A stretch of DNA of 64,000 nucleotides from Camelus dromedarius. Its lineage: Eukaryota. The DNA lies in NCBI RefSeq assembly GCF_036321535.1, contig NC_087436.1:74898001-74962000 (forward strand), in the 5' to 3' direction. This document shows, piece by piece, positions 54,115 through 64,000 of the stretch; position 1 is the stretch's first letter, and each line of letters starts with the position of its first letter. The position numbers and the translations under genes were made by a program. The notes beneath the pieces are model-generated. The model was not told where the DNA came from. It was given only the letters and a program-made list of their open reading frames with translations, and did not search any database.

Positions 54115-55369
54115 AATTTAGTGCTTTTCTATGTAAAGGAAGGAGCAAACATTTGGGCTCATTGAAACCATTCCTTTGACAAGCACCTAGCTATCCAGGG
54201 CCAACTTCCTGTCCTTTCACATTCTGAGTCCCCTCAGGGTGCACCATTGTGGGTGGCTACAGACGCCCAGCTGCAGGATTGTCTTCACTGGGGGGGGGGG
54301 GGGGGGGAAGGACGATGGCGGCAGCTGCTGATGATTTGATGGCTTCAGCATTCTTTACTTACTGATGTGGCTTGCAGTATGTTTCATTCACATTGCTCCC
54401 CCTTGGTCCTAAAGTCGACCAGTATTTTGAGAGACATTTCATGACCAATTTTGTCCCACGGTGCTAGGCTCATTCCTAGATCAGGTGAAGATTCTGTCGA
54501 CATGCCACTCAAAGTGCCAATTTTTGGATCAGGCCCTGTTGATAACCAAAAATTCTCTGGATCGCCTGCCTTACTAGTCTGTTATGATCCGGGAAATGTT
54601 TTTCCCTCATTGCTCATTCCCATACCTAGAATCACACTATTACAATTATTCTTTGCAGGGTTGTAATGTGATCTATTGTTTAGCCATCTTGTCAGAGGCC
54701 TAGTTACACACTGGGAAATGTAAGAGACAACAATCTTATAAAATAGAATAAGTAATACAGTTAGGAACATTAATAAAGCCATACAAAGCATAACAATTTA
54801 GAAACAAAGAACAAATTAAAACAATGATTAGTATAACTAGTTGTAATGTAGTTGCAATAACCATCAAGTCCACAGGGGAGCCTGCTGAAGTCAAATTCTG
54901 GAAAGATCAGGTAGAGAGAAAAAGATAAATGTTTCCTTCTTGTTTACAAAGGCACACTTTATCAATTTGTTGTATGTCATAGAATAAGAGGAAAGGTTTT
55001 ATGGAAAATAAAGAATGAAGGCCAGTATGTTCCTCAAAAATCTCAAAAATCATAAGGTTATCAATCATATTTATCAGCTCATTCAGTTCCATGTAATTAA
55101 TTTCTGTTTATCTGGATGAAGTCATCAGGTTTCCATTAGAGTTTCATAATTTACCCAGTTCAGAGGTATGATCTAAAAGTTATCAGGAACACATTTGTTT
55201 AAAAGTCCCTTTTTTTGTAAATCTTCCTGAAGATCTCCATTTTATAAAAACATCAGACTGAAACAGTGACTGTTTATATAAGTGCCAAGACTTAAAATGG
55301 CATGGTTAAAGATTTGATTATAATGCAATTGACAAGCAACTTAGATGTTTCTGACATACAATATTTTAA
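54115..55369 (-). repeat. Inverted repeat, left arm (LTR U3 part + PPT + ERV internal 3' end)
   Basis: Reverse complement of 57363-58614; mirrored ORFs in the track (54451/58066, 54582/57941, 54907/57640). Confidence 0.98.
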
Positions 55370-58339
55370 ACCCTAAAATTTTATAACATAAAACTGTTTA
55401 TTTAGGAATCTTCTCACAGAAAAAAAAATCAAATTTAAAAAGATGCATTTGGACCCAGGTGACAGACAAGTTCTTTGGGAAACTAATAGCCACTATCTTT
55501 GTCTTACCAATCAGAAATGTAAATACAACAAAGAATGACCTGAGACTGAGCCTAATTATAAAACCAAAAAAAATTTTTTTGGCATTTTAAAACTCAAAAC
55601 TCTGACAAGTCCTTCAGACTTTATCAAGGACAAATACAAATCTTAGAAGTCTTTTCCATAAATAGTAAGCCTTAGTGATTTGAGCAAGCAAATTCAATTT
55701 ATTCCAACTGTTATTTATAAGCAGTAAGTTTATATTTTAATACCTAATTCATAACTAAGTTTTGAAGTGAAGCTATAAGATCTCTAGTTTTATCTGTTTA
55801 TATGTCTGTGTATACATTATAGATATGAGATGTCTCTACTGCTAAAAAATGTCAAAATTAAATTTATAAAATAGCTGTAATTAATTGACTTAGAAGTAAG
55901 TGCTTACAACTTAAATTTTCCAAAATAAAAACTGGCTAAATTGACTTTCAGGTTCATGAGAACTAGGAAATATGCAATATTAAGTTAATACCTGGTATTA
56001 AGTTTAGTTTAAGTTTGTTGATCTAATTAATACAGACACATCTTTAGAGTCATCAATATTAAGTATAATCTTTTACTGTACCTGGGTTTAATGAAAGTCA
56101 AATAAAACCTTGCTATATCTGTTGCAGATTTGTAAAAAAAAAAAAAAGTAATGAGGTGTGATAAAATTCTTATAAGTAAATTAAACACAAATGAGATAAG
56201 AGCTTTTGCTGTAAAAACGCTTTAAAAATAATTATATTTTAGAAATGTTTGCTTGAAATAATCGCTACAAATATTTGGTATCTTAAAATTCCAGACTTGT
56301 GCTAAATTAAGTTAAATGATGGGAGTTTATTAAATAACTAGGTCATTCCCAATTAAAACATTAATTACTAAACATTGGCTTCCCGTTACAGAGAAGCTAA
56401 AGGTATTTGGGACTATTGATAAATATGTTTGGTGACACCCTGAGAGATTTTCTATAAGGAGCCCATGGGTTTAGAAATTATTATTGGTGTTTATGTTTGT
56501 CAATCTACAGAATGCTAATATATAAGACAGTTCATAATTGCTTATTTTCTAGTTTTGCCTGGAAAGTAAGGATTTTAAGAGTTCAGTGTTCTAATTTAAA
56601 TATGTCGACTACTTGTTATTTAAATATATCTACTACAAATAATGAAGAAAACATTTTGGTATACAGTAGAAAAATAAAATGTGTGTTTTCAGCAAAAGAA
56701 GGTATAAGAGATAAAATTGCATTTTGCTACATAGAGTTGGTAGTTTCTAGTCGAGAGAATTAAGTGATAAAATAATATGGATACAGAAAGTGATAGAAGG
56801 TTATGGAGAAGGAATCCTGAGAAAAAGAGTTTTTGTATGGTCAGGATTGACTAAGTAAATGAGTTTTTGTTAAAAGCAAGCTGATATAAGACTGGATTTT
56901 AATTCCCTATGTTAAGAAAACAAAGTTTCTTAGAGTGCTACTTTTGATAACAGATTGTGTGTCTGTGCTTTAAGTGATTTTTATCTCTTTCTAAAACCAT
57001 TGTCACTTTGGTTGAGTAAATAAATATTGTTTCACAGTGACCTATGATTTTTATCTGACCAAGTGTTTTGAAACATTTTTTACAAGCTTCCCAAATATCA
57101 AACTTTGATTAAAGTTCTTTTGACCTCCAGCTACCTTTGGGATGCATCAGAGGGGCCTCTGAAACATCCAAAAGAGACATATTAAACTAACTAGATTTAT
57201 CTGGTATGTTAAATTATTTAAAAAAACATTGTCAAGTTATGGGGGATAAAGCTTAGGTTATATTGAGGAGATAAAAGCCACTAATATAGTTATTCCAAAA
57301 TTTGTATAAAACTCCTAAAAATCTAATATGTACTAGTATCAGTCATAATTCTAATTATTATCTTAAAATATTGTATGTCAGAAACATCTAAGTTGCTTGT
57401 CAATTGCATTATAATCAAATCTTTAACCATGCCATTTTAAGTCTTGGCACTTATATAAACAGTCACTGTTTCAGTCTGATGTTTTTATAAAATGGAGATC
57501 TTCAGGAAGATTTACAAAAAAAGGGACTTTTAAACAAATGTGTTCCTGATAACTTTTAGATCATACCTCTGAACTGGGTAAATTATGAAACTCTAATGGA
57601 AACCTGATGACTTCATCCAGATAAACAGAAATTAATTACATGGAACTGAATGAGCTGATAAATATGATTGATAACCTTATGATTTTTGAGATTTTTGAGG
57701 AACATACTGGCCTTCATTCTTTATTTTCCATAAAACCTTTCCTCTTATTCTATGACATACAACAAATTGATAAAGTGTGCCTTTGTAAACAAGAAGGAAA
57801 CATTTATCTTTTTCTCTCTACCTGATCTTTCCAGAATTTGACTTCAGCAGGCTCCCCTGTGGACTTGATGGTTATTGCAACTACATTACAACTAGTTATA
57901 CTAATCATTGTTTTAATTTGTTCTTTGTTTCTAAATTGTTATGCTTTGTATGGCTTTATTAATGTTCCTAACTGTATTACTTATTCTATTTTATAAGATT
58001 GTTGTCTCTTACATTTCCCAGTGTGTAACTAGGCCTCTGACAAGATGGCTAAACAATAGATCACATTACAACCCTGCAAAGAATAATTGTAATAGTGTGA
58101 TTCTAGGTATGGGAATGAGCAATGAGGGAAAAACATTTCCCAGATCATAACAGACTAGTAAGGCAGGCGATCCAGAGAATTTTTGGTTATCAACAGGGCC
58201 TGATCCAAAAATTGGCACTTTGAGTGGCATGTCGACAGAATCTTCACCTGATCTAGGAATGAGCCTAGCACCGTGGGACAAAATTGGTCATGAAATGTCT
58301 CTCAAAATACTGGTCGACTTTAGGACCAAGGGGGAGCAA
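55370..58339 (+). mobile_element. AT-rich non-coding ERV1 internal region (MER4-group-like, non-autonomous)
   Basis: Runs seamlessly into PPT aagggggagcaa and the LTR at 58340; no gag/pol ORFs; hydrophobic env-TM-like remnants near 57850-58050. Confidence 0.75.
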
Positions 58340-58614
58340 TGTGAATGAAACATACTGCAAGCCACATCAGTAAGTAAAGAATGCTGAAGCCATCAAATCA
58401 TCAGCAGCTGCCGCCATCGTCCTTCCCCCCCCCCCCCCCAGTGAAGACAATCCTGCAGCTGGGCGTCTGTAGCCACCCACAATGGTGCACCCTGAGGGGA
58501 CTCAGAATGTGAAAGGACAGGAAGTTGGCCCTGGATAGCTAGGTGCTTGTCAAAGGAATGGTTTCAATGAGCCCAAATGTTTGCTCCTTCCTTTACATAG
58601 AAAAGCACTAAATT
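57363..58614 (+). repeat. Inverted repeat, right arm
   Basis: I found only one substitution (54590 vs 58142) and G18 vs C15 relative to the left arm. Confidence 0.98.
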
Positions 58615-58848
58615 CTTTAACTTGAGATGCCTGGTTTTCTTTAACAGTAATCTTTAATGTTCTGACTCCCTCGTCTTTATTGTAAAACTCCTATATATCC
58701 TGGCTCCTCCCCTACTTCTTCACAGCAGTCCCTCCCTGTGATCTGGGAGGCTGTCATCCCGGGCTTGAAGGGGTTCGAGTCCTCAGAAATGTCTGCCGAA
58801 TAACACATAACTCTCAACTTTTAGGCTGTGCATTTTTCTCAGTCCACA
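58340..58848 (+). mobile_element. MER41-like ERV1 3' LTR (uninterrupted)
   Basis: tgtgaatgaaac...ctatatat...gaataacacataactctcaacttttaggctgtgcatttttctcagtccaca; preceded by a PPT. Confidence 0.92.
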
Positions 58849-59140
58849 CATGGAACCTCTCACAAAGTGAGCTGAGCCTCTGTTGCTCTGCTCATACTCA
58901 TCTGACCAATAGAGACCCAAGAAGGAAAAGATTCTGCTTTTCCAAGGGAAGCAGAATTCTCCCTTCTCCCAACTGAAGTAGCTCAGCCCCACCTTAGCAG
59001 GAAATGGCTTACCCAGCTGCATGAGTTCTGTCCTAGTCTTTTCCATTTCCCATCACCTTCCTTTCTACCATTCTCCCCTCTCACTGAGATGTGCCATTTT
59101 ACTACTCCCAGCTCTAGGTAAGGGTTGAGATATATACATA

Positions 59141-59640
59141 TGTTGGCTGAAATAAAGTGTATAACTTATAAGTTGAGAGTTACGTTTTATTTGCCAGACT
59201 TTCTGAGAACTCAAACCCAGGAGGCAGCCCCTCAGATAGCGCTAAGAGATTGTTCCAAAGAGGAGGGGGAGGAGCCAGAATACACAGGAGTTTTGCCCCA
59301 AAGACCAGGTAGTTGGATTATCAAAAGATTACTGTTAATTAAAGAAAACCAGACATCTCAGTTTAAAGAATTCAGTACTTTTCTATGTATGCAAGGGTCT
59401 GGGCTCACTGAAATCATTCCTTTGAAAAGCACCTAGCTGTCTAGGGCCAGTATCCTGTTCTTTCCCATCCTGAGTTCCCTCAGGGGGCGCCACTGGGGGT
59501 GACAGCAGAAGCCGGGCTGCCTGCTCGTCTCCATCCTGAGCTCCCTCTGCTTTCTGTCCGGGGTGGCTGTAGCAGCCGATGACTTGATGGCCACAACACC
59601 CTTTGTTTACTGGAATGGCACGCAATATTTTCTATTCACA
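59141..59640 (-). mobile_element. MER41-like ERV1 solo LTR
   Basis: Diverged homolog of the other two LTRs; TG...CA; flanks cata/tata; no PBS or PPT adjacent. Confidence 0.9.
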
Positions 59641-59846
59641 TATAGCCCAGGGTTTACTTGCTCTGAGGTAAAGTTTGGTGGTCCTTTTGAACAGAATCAA
59701 TGTGCTGGTCTACAAAACAAAAACACAAACAAACAAACAAACAAACAAACAAACAAAAAAACTGGATGGAACTGAGAAAGAGAGGAGGGCCATGAATCAG
59801 AAGGGTAATAATTAAGAGACATCACACAACTTGTGACCCTCAAGGA

Positions 59847-60875
59847 CAGAGGTTCTCCATGTGTAGTCTTTGAAGCACTATCAGTAGCATCTGGAAACTT
59901 GTTAAAATACATATTCTCAAGCCCCTCTCCAAACCTAATGAATAAGAAACTCAGGGGTTGGGCCCAGCAATCAGTGTTTAACAAACTGTGGTATAATAAA
60001 AATTATATTTGGTCTTTGTCCCTGGTTCCTGGCACAGAACTCCAAAACCCCTTGGAATTTCCTGACTGATAAGAGTGTCTTTTGTTATTCACAAAGAGTC
60101 CCTTTCAATCCTACCTGAGTGTATACTAATGAGATGACTACTGGCGGCGAACCCCTAGGTAGCTTCAGGATGGGGGTCAGTTGCCAGAGGAAACAACCAT
60201 GTGATTAGAGGTTTGGAACTTTCAGCCTCACTCCTGGACTTCCAGGGAAGGGACACAGGCTGGAGGTGCAGTCCAATCCTCAATGGCCAATGATCTAATC
60301 AATCATGCCTACATAGTGAAACCTCCATAAGAACTCCTAAACAACAGGCTTTGGAGAGTTTCTGGGCTGGTGAACACACTGAGGTGCTGGGAGGGTGGTG
60401 CACCTGGAAAGGGCATGGAAACAATGTGCCCCGCTCCCTCCACATCTTATTCTATGCATTTCTTCCATGGGGCTGTTCCTTAGCTGTATCCTTTGTCATA
60501 AACAAGGAATAGTAAATAAAGTACTTTTCCATGTTTTATGAGTCTTTCTAGCAAATTACCAAATCTGGGGTGGTGGGGGGGAGTCATGGGAATCTTCAGA
60601 TTTGTAGTTGGCTGGGCAGAAATGTGAGTAGCCTGAGCACCCCATTTGCAGTTGGCATCTGAAGTTGGGGGGGGGACAGTCCTGTGGGACTGAGCCCTTA
60701 ACCTGTGGCATCGGTGCTAGGTACAGACCATTAGCATCAGAATTTAATTGAATTGTTGGACACCCAGTTGGTATCAGAGAATTGGAAAATTGGTTCGTGG
60801 TGGTAAACACTTGAGAAAAAAAGCTTTTACAAATCTTCCAGGTGATTTTGATGGTACTAAAGTTTGAAAAGCATT
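59847..60875. mobile_element. MER5A-like MITE split by an LTR
   Basis: First half ends gggcccagcaatcagtgtttaacaa (~59985); resumes tccaggtgattttgatg...aaagtttga (~60830). Confidence 0.75.
59987..60810 (+). mobile_element. MER21-like LTR
   Basis: atatttggtctttgtccctggttcctggcacaga...gtgattagaggtttggaactttcagcc...ggacacccagttggt. Confidence 0.85.
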
Positions 60876-61021
60876 ATTCTATGATAAGAACTTTCAACCC
60901 TCACAGTACATTAGAGTCATCTAGTGAACTTTGTTAATATGAAGTTAGTTGTTATAATTTACATACAGTAAAATTCACCCTCTTTAAGTTTTCAGTTCAA
61001 TGAGTCATTCTGAATAGCCCC

Positions 61022-61396
61022 TGTCCTAGTTAGCTTGGGCTGCTCCAACAAAGCATCATAGACTGGATGACTTATAAACAGAAATTTATTTTTCACAATC
61101 TGGAGGCTAGGTGTCCCAGATCAGAGGGCCAGCATAACTGGATTCTGGTGGAAGCCCCTCTCCTGGTTCCAGGCTGCTGAATTCCTGTATCCGCACACGG
61201 AAGAGAGCAGAGAAGGGAAGCGAGCTCTGTGATGGCCTTTGTAAGTCCACTAATCCCATTCAGGAGGGCTCCACCTTTACGGCCTCATATTAATACTAAT
61301 TACCTCTGAATGGCCCCACCTCCTAATACTATCACATTGGAGGGTAGATTTTCAACATATGAACTTGGGGGTGACACTAACATTCAGTCCATTATA
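61022..61396 (-). mobile_element. MLT1A-like MaLR solo LTR
   Basis: tgtcctagttagcttgggctgct...aacattcagtccat; near-TSD gcccc/ggccc. Confidence 0.88.
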
Positions 61397-61561
61397 GGCC
61401 CAGCCCCTGTTCTGTTCTATAATTTTGTTTTTTCCAAAATGCAAAATAAGTGGAACCATACAATGTAGAGCCTTTTGTCTGACTACTTTCACTTTGCATG
61501 ATGGTTTTGAGATTCATCATCTTGTTGAATGTATCAGTAGTTTATTCTTTGTTGTTACTAA

Positions 61562-62122
61562 TGAAAGAGTAGGAAACTAACAAAATGTCTTCCCTCATGC
61601 TAAAACTGTTGGCTGAGTATTGACTTAGAATTCTTGCTACTTGTTTTTCTCTTTTTTCTGACAAACCCCCATCTCTGCTTTACGTGCTCAACTGCTTTTT
61701 TGCTAAATGGCCCCCAACACTTCCATTACACTCTCTACTCCCTATATATTCTCTACCCAGAATAGCTTGTTCTTTAGCCCAGAAGCTGTGTTCCAGGAAG
61801 GCGGTCATGGGCTGATAGCCTCAGAAGATTGAACAGACCCTCCAGAGTTTCTCCATGACGCCAGACAGATTTATCAAGATTAAGAAGAATCAGCACCCCG
61901 GAAAATGCCCTGATTGTTGTCGCCTTTCTGTTCCATCTGGTTTTTCTATAAAACATCAGGACACCAACCCCAAGATGGATTCACAGTTTCCGAGGCATTA
62001 GTCTCCTGTGACTCCCCTTTGCCTGGGAAAGCAATAAAGCTGCTCTCTTCAAATTCTCCCAGAACTCTGCCTCTGAGTCTCAATTTGGACATCGGGGTAC
62101 AGAGGCCAGTTTTTTGGCAACA
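61562..62122 (+). mobile_element. ERV1-type solo LTR
   Basis: TG...CA termini, ctataaaa, gcaataaagc poly(A) signal, perfect 4-bp TSD ctaa/ctaa. Confidence 0.85.
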
Positions 62123-63539
62123 CTAACCAACATACTATTCCATTGTATCGATATACCACAATTTGTGTATTCATTCACTAGTTGATGGGCATTTAAGTTG
62201 TTTCCCATTTTGGTCTACTGTGAATAAAACTCCTATAAACATTCACACACAAGTCTTTATGGAAACATGATTTTGTTTCTCTTGAGTAAATACCTAGAAG
62301 TGAGATTGCTGGGCCACGTGATATATGTATATTTAACTACATTAAGAAGCTAGCTGCTAAACTATTTTGAGAAGTGGCTGTAGTATTTTGCATGCCCACC
62401 AGCAATATATGAGAATCCCAGTTGCTTCACATCTTTAGCAGCACTTGGTATTGCTAGTCTTTTAAACTTTAGACATTTCAGTTGTATAATCTCTTGTGAT
62501 CTTAATTTGTATTAATTAATTAAAATGGCTAATGGTGTTGAGCAGTTTTTAATGGGTTTGAGATCCATACATCTACATTTGAAATTTACCATACATGAAA
62601 GCCTTTCTCCACTGAGTCACATTGGCAAAATTATCAAAAAGAAATTGACCATTTAAGTGTGGGTCTACTTCTGGCTTCCTATTCTGGTTTATTGATTTAT
62701 ATGTCTATCCTCATGCCAATACCATATGGTCTTAATTAGTGTAGCTTAATAGTAAGTCTTAAAACTCAGTAGCACGAGTCTTCCAATTTTGTTCTTTTTC
62801 AAAATTATTTTGTACTCAAGTTCTTTGCTTTTCCATATAAATTTTAGAATCACTGTCAATTTCTATGCCCCTTAAAATGATTTTGATTGGAATTGTGCTG
62901 AATTTAGAGGTCAGTTTGGGGATAAATGGCATCTTGATAATCCTAAGTCTTTCAGTTATGAACACAGTATATCTCTCCATTTATATAAGACTTCTGTAAT
63001 TTCTCTCACAATGTTTTATAGCCCACATTCAGATCTTGCTTTCCCCCTAAAACAAACCATGAGCTGCAGCCTTTGAAGGACATTCATCTGTAGGAGCAAG
63101 ACAAACAGGTACATTTCCTAGCTATCATTCATATCATTTGGGAATTGGTCAAATGTGGATTCTAGCCTAACTTTAATGGGACAATATTGCTCTTTTTCAC
63201 AGAAAAATAGTGAGTCACTTAAGGTGATTACACAGGACACACTCAAATTCTCTCCACCAGATCTGCAAGTCTAGTCAAATCTCCTTCCATCTTTGTCAAT
63301 TCCTTTTTGCTACATTAGAGTAGGTACCTCTCCTTCTTATTCCTCCAAGGGCAATCCCTCTACCTGTGTTTTAAACCTTATCCTTTCTCACTATCTCAGG
63401 AACCACACACTATTAACCATCCTTTGTTTTGTTCTCCACTACAGTCAACCACTTCCTCCCAATTAGTTCTATCTTCATATCATTTAAATATATTTTAGTC
63501 ATTCTCATCTCAAAAACAAAAACAAAAAAAAGCCTCTTC

Positions 63540-64000
63540 CTATTAACATTGTTAAAATGGTCATGCTACCCAAAGCAATCTACAGATTTAATGCAATCCG
63601 TATCAAATTATCCAGGACATTTTTCACAGAACTAGAATAAATAACCCTAAAATTTATGTGGACCCACAAAAGACCCAGAATTGCCAAAGCAATCCTGAAG
63701 AAAAAGACCAAAGCTGGAGGCATAACCCTTCCAGACTTCAGACAATACCACAAAGCCACAGTAATCGAAACAGCATGGTAATAGAACAAAAACAGACATA
63801 TGGATCAATGGAACAGAATAGAAAGCTCAGATATAAACCCAGACACCTATGGTCAATTAATCTTTGACAAAGGAGGCAAGATTATACAATGGAGAAAAGA
63901 CAGTCTCTTCAGCAAGTGGTGTTGGGAAAACTGGACAGCCACATGTAAATCAATGAAGTTAGAACACTCCCTCACACCATACACAAAAATGAACTTAAAA
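63540..64000 (+). mobile_element. Lineage-specific LINE-1 ORF2 fragment, runs off the window
   Basis: Closely similar to 52345-52800 (cccagaattgccaaagcaat...ccagacttcagacaatac). Confidence 0.93.

Larger units (their letters stand above)
49303..54392 (-). mobile_element. MER41-like ERV1 3' LTR, split by an L1 (pieces 49303-49527 and 54088-54392)
   Basis: Reverse complement of the LTR at 58340-58848; TG...CA termini; polypurine tract adjacent at ~54393-54404; TATA-like and AATAAA motifs in the left piece. Confidence 0.92.
60950..63025 (-). mobile_element. Old L1MB-like element fragmented by two LTR insertions
   Basis: Collinear pieces at 60950-61015, 61400-61560 and 62127-63025 (attccattgtat...ataccacaatttg...ttttgattggaattgtgctgaattta). 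Confidence 0.8.

Noticed and set aside
49303..59640. LTRs at 49303-54392 and 59141-59640 as the two ends of one minus-strand provirus
   Set aside because: No PBS next to the right-hand LTR, outer flanks do not match (attc/tata), and that LTR has its own near-TSD
1..64000. Prokaryotic systems (CRISPR, operons), tRNA or rRNA genes
   Set aside because: Mammalian repeat-rich DNA; no repeat-spacer array or structured RNA gene seen

Overview
Mammalian genomic DNA, most likely from a camelid (inferred from the cetartiodactyl-type LINE-1 3' tails and the absence of Alu, B1/B2, Bov-tA/BovB, PRE-1, CHR-2 and Can-SINEs). I cannot support any intact protein-coding gene or RNA gene. The window looks intergenic or deep-intronic and is dominated by transposable-element relics: several LINE-1 generations, L2, MIR, CR1, MaLR/ERVL/ERV1 LTRs and hAT/Tigger DNA elements. 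The ORFs in the track are L1 ORF2 fragments, an ERVL gag relic, microsatellite read-through or chance. The outstanding structure is at 49.3-58.85 kb. Two 3' ends of a MER41-like ERV1 point away from each other and form a ~1.25 kb inverted repeat (54115-55369 vs 57363-58614) around a ~2 kb spacer. The arms differ by one substitution and one homopolymer length, yet the same LTR pair is only ~85% identical beyond an old L1 inserted in the left LTR. That is the signature of arm-to-arm gene conversion or a recent template-switch duplication. Other points of interest: a twin-primed L1 with a probable 3' transduction, an L1 5'UTR fused to an ERVL gag, several nested insertions with target-site duplications (TSDs), a CpG- and motif-rich regulatory candidate at 16.6-17 kb, CTCF-like motifs and a 350-bp purine tract. 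Repeat family names come from my recall of consensus sequences, not from a database search, and boundaries of old repeats are approximate.
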